From: Dehalococcoidia bacterium
Lineage (GTDB): Bacteria; Chloroflexota; Dehalococcoidia; Lucifugimonadales; UBA3495
Assembly (NCBI GenBank): GCA_965220625.1
Contig: CBDCQN010000003.1
Location: 1,162,186 to 1,226,185, forward strand
Direction of reading: 5' to 3'
Length of the DNA: 64,000 nt
In this document: piece by piece, positions 7,908-17,864 of the stretch
How the letters are laid out: every line of letters begins with the position of its first letter
How positions within the stretch are numbered: the first letter of the stretch is position 1
Program-made: the position numbers and the translations under genes
The notes under the pieces: model-generated
Told to the model about the DNA's origin: nothing
What the model saw: the letters and a program-made list of their open reading frames with translations, nothing else
Databases searched by the model: none

Positions 7908-8690
7908 ATGACCGGCGTCACAACCCGGCTGCATCCAGACCCTCGGGCCTGCGCCGTTGCCCGCGCCGTTGCCGACGCCGTCTACCCTGATACCGTCATC
8001 CTGTTCGGCTCCCGGGCCAGGGGAGACTTTACAACGGACTCCGACGTCGACCTGCTGATCGTCATGGGCGCCGAACACCTGACCCATGAGGAATTCATGC
8101 GCGGCAGCAAGGTCGCACACGATAAATCGGGAGAGGTCTACGGCCACCCGATGGGCGTAGACGTCGTGCACCTGAACGTAAACGACTTCAACGAAGGCCG
8201 TCGAGCCAGGAATCACGTGGCTGGCCAAGCCGTGCGGGACGGCGTCGACCCCAACGGAGAGAGAGTGGTCTACGACAACCCGGAGCCCACCAACTGGCCC
8301 GACATACAACAGCGCATTATCAACGCCAGGCGGGAAGTCCGTGTGTTGAAAGTCTTGGTAGAGGCTGATTCGGCCCCGGAGGCAATCGGCTTTCACGCGC
8401 AACAGGCGTTGGAAAACGTGCTGAAAGGCTGGATTTCGGCCTTGGACACAGACTACGGGAACACCCATAACTTGGGCGACCTGGCGGCGATAGTCAGGAC
8501 CCATCCCGACGAAATGGCCACCCCCACCGGAGAAAGATTGTCTTGGCTGACCGCCTATGCCGTGAGATACCGCTACGTCGGGGTGCAGGTCGATTTGCGG
8601 GACCGGTTCGGTCTGCTGTCCTCAGTAACCGAAACCGTAGAGGCCATCATCGCCCGCATCGGCGCCTTGACGGAAAGCGGCGAGGAGTAA
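7908..8690 (+). CDS. Fused nucleotidyltransferase (MNT-like) plus HEPN domain protein
   Basis: N-terminal LFGSRARGD...DSDVDLL is the GS-x-x-x-GD / DxD NTase motif. C-terminal GFHAQQALENVLKGW...THNLGDL is HEPN-like. SD ggagga lies upstream. Confidence 0.7.
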   Translation: MTGVTTRLHPDPRACAVARAVADAVYPDTVILFGSRARGDFTTDSDVDLLIVMGAEHLTHEEFMRGSKVAHDKSGEVYGHPMGVDVVHLNVNDFNEGRRARNHVAGQAVRDGVDPNGERVVYDNPEPTNWPDIQQRIINARREVRVLKVLVEADSAPEAIGFHAQQALENVLKGWISALDTDYGNTHNLGDLAAIVRTHPDEMATPTGERLSWLTAYAVRYRYVGVQVDLRDRFGLLSSVTETVEAIIARIGALTESGEE

Positions 8691-8753
8691 CCCAGAACCG
8701 GAAAATCGCGGCAACTTAATCCCAAGCCGGAGTAACTCGAGGAGCAAGATCGT

Positions 8754-9962
8754 ATGACCCAAGCCCGCCCCGCCATCATCGACACACTGGACGCCTTCTG
8801 CACCGATACTGACGCGTTTCTGGAAGGGACACCCGGCGGCCCGCTATCGGCCCTGACCTTCGCGGCGAAGGACATCTTTGACGTGGCCGGCCACGTCACG
8901 GGCGGAGGCAACCCCGATTGGAAGGCCACCCACGCTCCGGCGGAACGCACCGCGTGGGTCATTCAGACGCTGGTCGACGCCGGAGCCGACATGGTGGGCA
9001 AGACCCACACCGACGAACTCACCCGCGGCATCCTGGGGGTTAACGCCCATTACGGAACGCCAATCAACCCCAACGCGCCGGGCCGGGTGCCCGGTGGTTC
9101 ATCCAGCGGGTCGGCAGCCGCCGTAGCCGGAGGCTTGGTGGACTTTGCCTTGGGATCGGACACCGGGGGATCGGTGAGGATACCGGCCAGCTTCTGCGGG
9201 CTCTACGGTCTCCGGCCCACCCACGGCAGGATACCCTTGGACGGCATCCTGCAACAGGCCCCAAGCTACGACACTATCGGATGGTTCGCACGGGACATCG
9301 AGACCTTTGCCCGGGTTGGGTCGGTGTTGTTTGGGGCGGACATCGCGGCCGGAAGGCCCAGGAAGCTGACCATCGCCGAGGACGCCTTCGCGGCGGCCGA
9401 CGATTCCGTGGCTGCCGCCCTCAGGCCTGTGGCGGAACGACTTCGAGGACTTGCAGCCGACACCACGAGCGTTACCCTCGCCCCGAACGGCTTCGACGCT
9501 TGGGCGACCCAACAGAACGTCCTGCAGTCCCGCGAGGCTTGGCACACCCTGCGCGACTGGATCGACGAGGTCAATCCCCGTTTCAGCTATTGGGTGAGCG
9601 AGCGGTACAGCATGGCCGGAGCCATCACCGACGAGCAGATCGAAGAGGCCGCCGCAGTGCGGGATGCCGCCCGGGAGCGGATGAACGAGATTTTCGCCGG
9701 GGGCGGGATGGTGTGTCTGCCGACCTCTCCGGTGCCGGCTCCCCTTCGAGCAGAGAGACTCTCGGGACGCCGCGACGTCCAAGCCAACATGTTGCGCCTC
9801 ACCTGTATGGGCGGAACGACGGGACGGCCCCAGTTATCGATACCCGTCGCCACGGTGGATGGGCTGCCGGTCGGGCTGTCTTTGATGGGCGAGCGGGGGG
9901 GCGATGAAGAGTTGATAGGATTCGCCATGGAGATCAAGAACGCCTTGGGAATCGGCCAATAG
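8754..9962 (+). CDS. Amidase (amidase-signature family)
   Basis: GGSSSGSAAAVA and GSDTGGSVRIPA signature motifs. 402 aa. Confidence 0.85.
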   Translation: MTQARPAIIDTLDAFCTDTDAFLEGTPGGPLSALTFAAKDIFDVAGHVTGGGNPDWKATHAPAERTAWVIQTLVDAGADMVGKTHTDELTRGILGVNAHYGTPINPNAPGRVPGGSSSGSAAAVAGGLVDFALGSDTGGSVRIPASFCGLYGLRPTHGRIPLDGILQQAPSYDTIGWFARDIETFARVGSVLFGADIAAGRPRKLTIAEDAFAAADDSVAAALRPVAERLRGLAADTTSVTLAPNGFDAWATQQNVLQSREAWHTLRDWIDEVNPRFSYWVSERYSMAGAITDEQIEEAAAVRDAARERMNEIFAGGGMVCLPTSPVPAPLRAERLSGRRDVQANMLRLTCMGGTTGRPQLSIPVATVDGLPVGLSLMGERGGDEELIGFAMEIKNALGIGQ

Positions 9963-10049
9963 ACGAGCCCCCCGGGCCGGACTGAGATTCGGCCGCCGAC
10001 ACGATTTGAGATGCGCGCCGGTTAACGTAGCGCGAGTAGAGGACATGCA

Positions 10050-11135
10050 ATGGCACATCAGGTAGACGGAGTAATAGCCGGTTCCAAGGGCGCCCCCGTC
10101 AGGGTGGAAAGGATTCTGGTGCCCGACCCCGGCCCTGGGGAGGCGTTGGTGCGTGTAAAAGCCTGCGGGGTCTGCCACACGGACCTTCATTACCGGGATG
10201 GCGGCATTAACGACGATTTCCCTTTCCTGCTGGGACATGAAGCCGCCGGGACCGTGGAGAGCGTCGGCGACGGCGTCGCCAACGTTGCGCCCGGGGACTT
10301 CGTAATCATCGCTTGGCGTTCGCCCTGCGGCACGTGCCGGTCCTGCGTGCGGGGGCGGCCTTGGTACTGTTTCGGCAGCCGCAACGCGTCCCAGCCCATG
10401 ACGCTGGCCGACGGCGCCCCGCTATCGCCCGCCCTGGGCATCGGCGCGTTCACCGAGTTGACCCTGGTGGACGCGGGACAGGCCGTCAAGGTGTCTCCCG
10501 AGGCCCGGCCGGAAGCCGCCGGGCTGGTGGGCTGCGGCATCATGGCTGGCTTGGGCGCGGCGGTCAATACGGGCGCGGTCGGACGCGGCGATTCCGTGGC
10601 CGTTTTCGGCTGCGGCGGCGTGGGAGACGCGGCCATCGCCGGCTCCCGCCTGGCCGGCGCCCACACCATCATTGCCATAGACATTGACGACCGTAAGCTG
10701 GAGTTGGCCCGGCAATTCGGCGCCACTCACACCATAAACGCCAGGTCCACAGACCCGGTCGAGGGCGTCCGTGCCCTGACCGGCGGCAACGGGGTGAACG
10801 TGGCCATTGAAGCCGTGGGCAATCCGGTGACCTTCGAGCAGGCATTCTACTCGCGGGACCACGCCGGGACGGTCGTCTTGGTCGGGGTGCCGACCCCGGA
10901 GATGAAAATAGAATTGCCGCTTTTGGAGGTGTTCGGCCGGGGCGGCAGCGTGAAGTCCTCCTGGTACGGCGACTGCCTCCCCTCCCGGGACTTCCCCATG
11001 TTCATCGACCTCTATCTTCAGGGCCGCCTTGACCTGGACCGTTTCGTGTCCGAGACCATCGGCATAGGAGACGTCGAGGAAGCCTTCCACAAGATGGAGC
11101 GTGGAGAGGTTTTGCGTTCGGTAGTGGTGTTCTAG
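10050..11135 (+). CDS. Zn-dependent class III alcohol dehydrogenase (S-(hydroxymethyl)mycothiol/glutathione dehydrogenase-like)
   Basis: [14 protein letters not shown]...[17 protein letters not shown] zinc-ADH motifs. 361 aa. Confidence 0.85.
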   Translation: MAHQVDGVIAGSKGAPVRVERILVPDPGPGEALVRVKACGVCHTDLHYRDGGINDDFPFLLGHEAAGTVESVGDGVANVAPGDFVIIAWRSPCGTCRSCVRGRPWYCFGSRNASQPMTLADGAPLSPALGIGAFTELTLVDAGQAVKVSPEARPEAAGLVGCGIMAGLGAAVNTGAVGRGDSVAVFGCGGVGDAAIAGSRLAGAHTIIAIDIDDRKLELARQFGATHTINARSTDPVEGVRALTGGNGVNVAIEAVGNPVTFEQAFYSRDHAGTVVLVGVPTPEMKIELPLLEVFGRGGSVKSSWYGDCLPSRDFPMFIDLYLQGRLDLDRFVSETIGIGDVEEAFHKMERGEVLRSVVVF

Positions 11136-11148
11136 CCGGGCTCGGCGT

Positions 11149-12939
11149 TCAAGTCGCGGATGTTTTCTGGTGCCGTCCTATGTAGCCGATGACAACCTTT
11201 CGCAGGTCGCGGTCCCAATCGAAAGCGATGCGGATGGTGCGACGGGGATCGAAGCTGGTGCCCTTCCCGATATGCTCTTCGAGCCAGATAATGCGGCCAT
11301 TGACCCTCGTGGTGTACGAGTTGCGATACGTGGCCATAGTCGTGTCGTGCTGGCTCGTCTTGTACCACATTTCGCTGGCCTGCCGGCACGACCCGTCCAG
11401 ATCAGTGTTCTTGGAAGAGCCGGTCCGGGCCTCATAGTAGATGGTGGCCAGCCACTCAAGCGCATTCCAGACTTTGTCCGGCCATTTGAACGGATTGCCC
11501 TCAACGCTGGAATTGGAATTAAGCTGGAACAGCAGCCGGTGGCTGAGCCGCTCCATAGCAAGGCCAACCGCGCCGCTCACGTCCTCTATCGCCGGTGCGT
11601 TTTCGCCGGTATCACCGTCCTGGGAACCCAGCGCCAACCTGAAGCCTTCCTCTTTGCTGCGGCTGTCGAATAGCTGCTCCTTGAGAATTCGGACTTCCTG
11701 CTCCAGGTCGTCGTTTTCCTGTTCAAGGTCCTGCCGTTCCAGACGCAACAGGAGGTAGTCCTCTATCTCGCAGGGCGGCACTTCGCTGAATTCCTCACCT
11801 GCCGGGACATGGTGTTCGCCCGTTGCCAGAGGCGAATATTCCGCCGGCAGGGACTCCGGCCGGCCGTAAATGTCGTCTCGTCGACGGCCTTCAGCGGTAA
11901 CTCCATCGCCGTCCTCCGGGAGCAGGGAAGGCTCAGGCTCTTCATCTTCGTCGGGCTCGTCGCCCCCATCCATCGTGGCGTTCAGGGCGTTGCCGGCGTC
12001 CAGAATGCGAGGCAGCAACTCAGCCCGCCGCACCGAGCGGGACAATTCCTCGGCGACAAATGGCGCCCGATCGTGAATCGGAGCGTATTCGGCCAGCAGT
12101 CCCTGAATGTCCGTCGCCGCGTCGTGCGCTATCTCCAACCCCAAGTGGGGGTGGACGTTTGCGGAGGCCCAAGCACGAGGATGCCACTGGAAGAACGCAA
12201 TCAGCTGCGGGAATTGGGCCCGGATGTCGGTAAGCAATTGATCGAGAGTCGCGGCCCGGCTGCGCTCCTGTTCTTTGGCTTCGATCAAGCTTGAGACACT
12301 CTTGACGAAATCCGGAATCGCCTGTTCCCATTCCGGCCCATGAGAAGGGGTCGTGACCAGCCGATTGAGAGTGTCGGCCAACAGAATTTCCAGGCTGATT
12401 TCTTCGTCCGCTTCGAATTCGTCGGCCTCTGCAATCACTGTTCCGGCGACGCAACAGACCATGAGCGCCACTTCGTCCTCGTTGGCCTCGGTGTGGCTTT
12501 CCAGAAAAGAAGCGCGGGCATCTTCCTGCGAGCCATTGTTCACGGCCAAGGCAATTGTGCTCCCGGCATAATCGCAACCCGTCGTGGCCATCCCGCGGCC
12601 TGCCAGGTGAGCGTCGACGGCTGACCGCAACGGTTCTTGTGACTCGACCCAGACCCTCAGCACCGCCCCGGCCAGGTTATCCTGCCGTTGTATTACCTCC
12701 GCCACCGGCTCGCGCAACCGGAAGGGTGGCGCCAGTCCGGCGTACCGGAATCCGGCCACCTCGACACAATCGTCGACCGCTCTCCGAATCGCCGCCCGCG
12801 CTTCCCCGGAGGATTGTTCCCGCCAATCAAGGGCCCGTTTGACGACCTCCTCACGGAATTCCTGGGACATCCGTCGAAAGAGAGAGCTCAATCCAGTTTC
12901 GGCTGAGTCCGGCGACCGGTCCTTGAGAGGCTCTGACAT
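11149..12939 (-). CDS. Large hypothetical protein (596 aa) with an acidic linker, a coiled-coil segment and an uncharacterised C-terminal domain
   Basis: Long ORF with coding-like composition and no enzymatic motif that I recognise. It looks less GC-rich than its neighbours. Confidence 0.6.
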   Translation of the reverse strand: MSEPLKDRSPDSAETGLSSLFRRMSQEFREEVVKRALDWREQSSGEARAAIRRAVDDCVEVAGFRYAGLAPPFRLREPVAEVIQRQDNLAGAVLRVWVESQEPLRSAVDAHLAGRGMATTGCDYAGSTIALAVNNGSQEDARASFLESHTEANEDEVALMVCCVAGTVIAEADEFEADEEISLEILLADTLNRLVTTPSHGPEWEQAIPDFVKSVSSLIEAKEQERSRAATLDQLLTDIRAQFPQLIAFFQWHPRAWASANVHPHLGLEIAHDAATDIQGLLAEYAPIHDRAPFVAEELSRSVRRAELLPRILDAGNALNATMDGGDEPDEDEEPEPSLLPEDGDGVTAEGRRRDDIYGRPESLPAEYSPLATGEHHVPAGEEFSEVPPCEIEDYLLLRLERQDLEQENDDLEQEVRILKEQLFDSRSKEEGFRLALGSQDGDTGENAPAIEDVSGAVGLAMERLSHRLLFQLNSNSSVEGNPFKWPDKVWNALEWLATIYYEARTGSSKNTDLDGSCRQASEMWYKTSQHDTTMATYRNSYTTRVNGRIIWLEEHIGKGTSFDPRRTIRIAFDWDRDLRKVVIGYIGRHQKTSAT

Positions 12940-13159
12940 ACCAAGTCCTTCCCATGCGGCCGATTGGGAGAAACGGCCTTATTGCCATCTATCTTATGGT
13001 CGGTCGAATGGAGACGCAATCCGTCTATGGATCAACCCTGTCGCCCTGCGGCGGAACGAAGGGTCATTCCACCACATACGAGACTCTTCGCTCCCCTTCA
13101 GATGATCGGTTCGGGCGATGCTATACTAGACGCTGAAACCGTGATTCGTGAGGTTAAAC

Positions 13160-14005
13160 ATGCAATACGGCGGAATGATGTTCGTCACCGACTATTCCAT
13201 GCGCCCCGACGACCTGGGCCGGGCGCTCGAGGAGCGTGGATTTGAGTCCCTGTGGGTGCCGGAGCACACTCACATACCGAGCAGCCGCACAAGTCCTTGG
13301 CCCGGCGGGCCTGATCTGCCCCGCATGTACTGGCACACCTACGATCCCTTTGTGGCCCTCACCGCAGCGGCCGGGGCCACCACCAACCTGAAGCTGGCCA
13401 CCGGCATCTGCCTGATAATTGAACGCGACCCAATCACCACGGCGAAGGAAATCGCCAGCCTGGACCAGATTTCCAACGGCCGCTTCATCTTTGGCATCGG
13501 AGGCGGCTGGAACGCCGAGGAGATGGAGGACCACGGCACCAACTTCCGACGCCGCTGGCGCGTCTTGCGGGAGAACATCCTCGCCATGAAGGCCATCTGG
13601 ACCGAGGAGGAGCCCGAATTCCACGGACGGCACGTCAACTTCGACAAGATGTGGGCCTACCCCAAGCCAGTGCAAAAACCGCACCCGCCAATAATCATGG
13701 GCGGCGACGGCCCCACCACGTTCGACCGGGTGTTGGAGTACTGCGACGGTTGGCTGCCCATCAGCGGCCGGGCCGCCGAAGGGCCCAGTCTTCCCGAGAA
13801 AATCCAAGCCTTGAAGCGCCGCGCCGAGGACGTCGGCCGGGACCCCGACACCATCTCAATCTCCGTCTTCGGCGTCCGGCCCGACCCCGAGAATGTGGCA
13901 GGAATGGAGGACGCCGGGGTAGACCGGGTGATTTTCAGTTTGCCATCCGAAGAAGCTGATACCGTCACGCCGCTCTTGGACGAGTACGCCCGCTTGATTT
14001 CCTGA
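13160..14005 (+). CDS. LLM-class F420-dependent oxidoreductase
   Basis: MQYGGMMFVTDYSMRPDDLGRALEERGFESLWVPEHTHIP is typical of the luciferase-like F420 family. The ATG at 13160 is preceded by gagg. Confidence 0.8.
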   Translation: MQYGGMMFVTDYSMRPDDLGRALEERGFESLWVPEHTHIPSSRTSPWPGGPDLPRMYWHTYDPFVALTAAAGATTNLKLATGICLIIERDPITTAKEIASLDQISNGRFIFGIGGGWNAEEMEDHGTNFRRRWRVLRENILAMKAIWTEEEPEFHGRHVNFDKMWAYPKPVQKPHPPIIMGGDGPTTFDRVLEYCDGWLPISGRAAEGPSLPEKIQALKRRAEDVGRDPDTISISVFGVRPDPENVAGMEDAGVDRVIFSLPSEEADTVTPLLDEYARLIS

Positions 14006-14046
14006 CCGCCGGGCAATCCCGAACCCAACCAGGAGGGGACCGCAGC

Positions 14047-15453
14047 ATGGAAAAGCAGGATATTCCCTTTCTAACGGTCACTGAGCTTTCCCGTCTCATC
14101 GAGGCCAGAGAGGTCTCACCCGTAGAAGCCACTGAAGCCTATCTGGACCGCATCGACGGCTTGGACTTCAAGTACAACGCCTACCTGACCGTTACCCGCC
14201 GTGACGCACTGCATGCCGCTCATGAAGCGGAACAGGCCATTGGCAGAGGCGGGTATCTGGGCCCGATGCACGGCATACCGGTGGCGGTGAAGGACCAATT
14301 CTGGACCCGGGGCGTCCGCACCACCGGCGGCACGCGGATTCTGGCCGACTTCATCCCTGGCGAGGACGCCACGGTGGTGGCTAATCTGAAACGGGCGGGC
14401 GCGGTCCTGCTGGGCAAGACCAACATGACGGAATTCGCCATGGGCGGCGGGTTCGAGCGTTTCAGCCCGCCCCGGAATCCATGGGACCTGGACATGCGGA
14501 CCGGCGGCTCCAGCGGCGGTTCGGGCGCCGCCACTGCGGCCTACCTCTGCGCCACCTCGCTGGGTGAGGACACCGGCGGCTCCATACGCTTTCCCGCCAC
14601 TTGGTGCGGCGTGGTCGGTCACCGGCCGACCTGGGGGCTGGTCAGCCGGTACGGGGTAATGACGGGGATCTGGTCCATGGACACTGCGGGTCCCATTTCC
14701 CGCACCGTGGAAGACGCGGCGATTACCCTCACCGCAATCGCCGGGCCGGACCCGCTTGACCCGTACACCCGGCAACAGCCGGTCCCCGACTTCCAGAAGG
14801 GCCTGAACGCGGACCTGCGGGGCATGAGAATAGGCATCATCGCGGAGCAACTGGAGGACGAGTGGGTCGAAGAGGAGACCAGGACGGCAGTCCTGCAAGC
14901 CATGGCCGTGTTGGGGGAGTTGGGCGCAACCGTGGAGCAGACTTCAGTCCCTTTGACCAAGCACAGCCCGCTGTTGACCCAGGTCCCGTTGATAACGGAA
15001 CCCGCCGCAAACCACCGCGAGTGGGTCAGGGAGCGGCTGCGGGACTACGGCCACAACAATCGTATCGGCTTGCTCACCGGCAGCATCATGCCGGCCCACG
15101 CGTACAACAAGGCCCAGAAGCTGCGCACAATGTTGAGGGAGCAGGTGCTGGAGTCGTTGGAGCGGTACGACGTTCTGGTGACGCCGACCTCCGGCGTACC
15201 GGCACAGCCTATACTCGAGGACCGTATCCTGACCAGCAAGGAAGACGGCCTCCCCATGAGATACCTGCAAACACGGACCTTCAACCTGGCCAGCTCACCG
15301 GCGGTGTCGCTGCCCTGCGGCTTCAGTGACCGGGGGCTGCCCATTGGCCTGCAGATTGGCGGAAGGCCCGGCGCGGACCAAACGGTGCTGAACGTGGCCC
15401 ATGCCTACGAGCAAGCCACCCCGTGGCACGAGCGGCGCCCGCCCCACGCCTGA
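14047..15453 (+). CDS. Amidase (GatA-like amidase-signature family)
   Basis: [12 protein letters not shown] and [11 protein letters not shown] motifs. 468 aa. Close paralog of 59765..61177. Confidence 0.85.
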   Translation: [468 protein letters not shown]

Positions 15454-15478
15454 ACTTTCTGTTGCCCGCTTAGCGCGG

Positions 15479-16285
15479 CTAGGTGCCTATCCGTACCGGG
15501 TCTACCGCGTCTTTTACCGACCGGATTATCGACAATGCGGTCAGTCGTCCGGTCTTGGGGTTTTCGGAAGGGATGTTTTCGATATGCACCGAGAGGAAGC
15601 CGAAGTCTCCTTCGACCTCGATGTCGTGGCAGTTCCGCTTTAGTCCCGGCGCCGCTACCATCGTTACCGTGGTCTCGTCGGGACCGATGCCGGCCAAACT
15701 GACTGCGGCCGACACGTTGAGATTGGAAGGGAATCCGCAGCAGGCGGCCCGTGCCGAGCCCGAAAATAGCTCACGCTCGCGGTCCAACCCGGCCAGGCTA
15801 ATGCCGTGTTCTACCAGGTAAGGCGCTCCCTCCAGCGCCTCGGGCGGTTTGCGGGAAACCATGGTCACCCGGTCAATGCGCCCCGCCGAAGCCGATTTGA
15901 TGCCGTCTAAGCCGGCGATGGCTCCAGACGGCACAACCAAGCGGCAGCCGGTGTCCCTCGCCCTTTGGATGATCTCGGGGTGGTCGAGAAGCGCGCCGAC
16001 ACTGATGACCACGAGGCCTTTTCCGGCGTCGAAGGTCGATTCGGCCAGTTCGGGTACGACATGACTGCCGGCGGTCTCGACCAGAAGGTCCGATCGGGCG
16101 ATCAGGTCGTCACGCTCCAAGTATGGAGGTGCGTCTCGGAGAGTTGACAGGAACTCCCGTGCGGGACCCTCGGTACGACTCGTGACCCCTGCTATCGCTA
16201 CCGGGCCCAAGTCTCCGTCGTCGTCGGCTTTGAGCAGAGCCTTGCCAATCGCCCCGCAACCCACTATTCCCAAGGTAGTCGCCAT
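15479..16285 (-). CDS. nadX: L-aspartate dehydrogenase
   Basis: MATTLGIVGCGAIGKAL N-terminus and C-terminal IEVEGDFG...ENPKTGRLTALS. I prefer the ATG at 16285, preceded by agggag. Confidence 0.75.
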   Translation of the reverse strand: MATTLGIVGCGAIGKALLKADDDGDLGPVAIAGVTSRTEGPAREFLSTLRDAPPYLERDDLIARSDLLVETAGSHVVPELAESTFDAGKGLVVISVGALLDHPEIIQRARDTGCRLVVPSGAIAGLDGIKSASAGRIDRVTMVSRKPPEALEGAPYLVEHGISLAGLDRERELFSGSARAACCGFPSNLNVSAAVSLAGIGPDETTVTMVAAPGLKRNCHDIEVEGDFGFLSVHIENIPSENPKTGRLTALSIIRSVKDAVDPVRIGT

Positions 16286-16387
16286 ACAACGCACTCCCTT
16301 ATGGGGCGGACAGGTAGCGGGCGAAACCAACGCTAAAACGAAGAGCCGCCAAGGCGGCGGCTCTTCTACCAAGTCTGAGGGGGAGTA

Positions 16388-16693
16388 CTAGCGCCTCATG
16401 GTGCTGAAACAATCGCTGCAGTACACCGGTCGGTCTCCCCGGGGTACGAAGGGCACCATGGTATCTATGCCGCACTGGGCACAGACGACGGGGTGCATCT
16501 CTCTGGGGGCGCCGCCGCCGAACCCGCCGCCGCTGCCGCCGCGCTGTTGGTTCTTCCGGGCGCTGCGGCACTCGGGGCACCGCTTGGGCTCATTAGTGTA
16601 ACCACGGGAAGCGAAGAACTCCTGCTCTCCGCTGGTAAACGTGAAGGGCGCTCCGCACTCCACGCAGGTCAGACTTTTGTCTGCTAGGGCCAT
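16388..16693 (-). CDS. Zinc-ribbon protein with two CxxC...CxxC pairs and a Gly-rich spacer
   Basis: CVEC...CPEC and CAQC...CSDC pairs around RGGSGGGFGGG. 101 aa. Confidence 0.7.
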   Translation of the reverse strand: MALADKSLTCVECGAPFTFTSGEQEFFASRGYTNEPKRCPECRSARKNQQRGGSGGGFGGGAPREMHPVVCAQCGIDTMVPFVPRGDRPVYCSDCFSTMRR

Positions 16694-16949
16694 CGGGTAA
16701 CCTCCGACTTATTTTGAATAGGCTCAGTCTAGGCTATCCGAGGCTGCAGGCAACTGATGGCAACCGGCACCGGGACACCTTAACTAGCACCGAGGCTTAT
16801 TATATCACCAAAAGGGGGTATCCTGTTACCAATCCCGGAAATTCGACGAGATTTCATTCATCGTCGTCATTTCATGGCTACTCAACTCTATTATTGCTCT
16901 TCTATGGCTGCTTTTTTGCGGTTACTCTTTTGTGGATACGCTTTTGCGG

Positions 16950-17402
16950 TTACTCTTCGGGAGGCAAGTAGGCCACGGGCACAACCGCGCTGCCTTTACC
17001 GGCGCCGGTCGTGTCGCCGTTCTGGTTCTCGGCCTTGATGTCAACGGTCACCCGGTTGCCGTTGGCCTCCCGAGACATTTCGCTGATTGTGCCGGAGAAG
17101 GTGATGGTGTCTCCGGGCCGCACCGGCCGCAGGAACCTGAGGTCTACCATGCCGGTATGGTTGAAAACGTCGGCGCCGAAATACCGGCGCAGCATTTCGA
17201 TGGCGAATGTGAGGGACATTCTGCCCGACGCGACCGTCCCCGAGGTGCCCAGGGTCTCCCGCGCCGCCTCTTCGTCGGTGAACTGGGAGGGGCCGGTCTC
17301 GCCCGAGCTCCCTTCAAACAGGTTGATGGCCTCCTGGGTCATGTGCTTCACCAAGGGATTGACCGGCGCGCCTGGTTCGTAGCTGCGTTCTACCCGCCCC
17401 AC
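16950..17402 (-). CDS. MaoC-like (R)-specific hydratase/dehydratase, hot-dog fold subunit
   Basis: GSSGETGPSQFTDEEAARETLG...ASGRMSL resembles the MaoC active-site region. I propose the GTG at 17402 (SD ggagg 10 nt upstream), which overlaps the upstream gene stop by 13 nt. Confidence 0.65.
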   Translation of the reverse strand: MGRVERSYEPGAPVNPLVKHMTQEAINLFEGSSGETGPSQFTDEEAARETLGTSGTVASGRMSLTFAIEMLRRYFGADVFNHTGMVDLRFLRPVRPGDTITFSGTISEMSREANGNRVTVDIKAENQNGDTTGAGKGSAVVPVAYLPPEE

Positions 17403-17800
17403 TTCTTGCCTACCTCCGAAGGCTGCTTGAGCTCGTGGGTGATCACCCGATCGATCAAGCGGCCGTCTTCGTCCACCGAAACGGCCTCGGTGACGATGTA
17501 GTTCTTGCCCCTCCGCAGATACTTGTCGGCGATCCAGGCGGTCACGGTCAGGCGCTTCCCGGCCAGCGGTGGGTTGTAGCAGTGGAAGGCGCACCGGGCG
17601 TTCACCGAACCGCTGTCAGTGTATCTGGCGTTATATTGGCGGACGTCGACTTTGTGGGAGATGGTCGGGAAGCTGGCCTCCGGGTCCATGACCCCCTCCC
17701 GGTACCCGTCGATCATCTCTTGGGTGAGGACGTAGTCGAACTTCTCGAACGTTTCCCCAACCTGGAGGGCATCCCAGTCCAACGGCAGCCGGGTGTCCAT
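17390..17800 (-). CDS. MaoC-like/hot-dog fold protein (partner subunit)
   Basis: 136-aa core starting MDTRLPLDWDALQVGETFEKFDYVLTQEMIDGY. The alternative TTG at 17815 has better SD spacing. Confidence 0.6.
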   Translation of the reverse strand: MDTRLPLDWDALQVGETFEKFDYVLTQEMIDGYREGVMDPEASFPTISHKVDVRQYNARYTDSGSVNARCAFHCYNPPLAGKRLTVTAWIADKYLRRGKNYIVTEAVSVDEDGRLIDRVITHELKQPSEVGKKWGG

Positions 17801-17864
17801 GTCGTTCTCTGCCAAAGCGTTCCCTCCTGGGAAATTCCTAATTCTTAATTCCTCATTCCCGATT

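Noticed and set aside
7710-8504. 264-aa minus-strand ORF overlapping the MNT-HEPN gene.
   Set aside because: The plus-strand frame carries the NTase GS...GD/DxD and HEPN motifs and has an SD-preceded ATG. The minus-strand product has no recognisable features.
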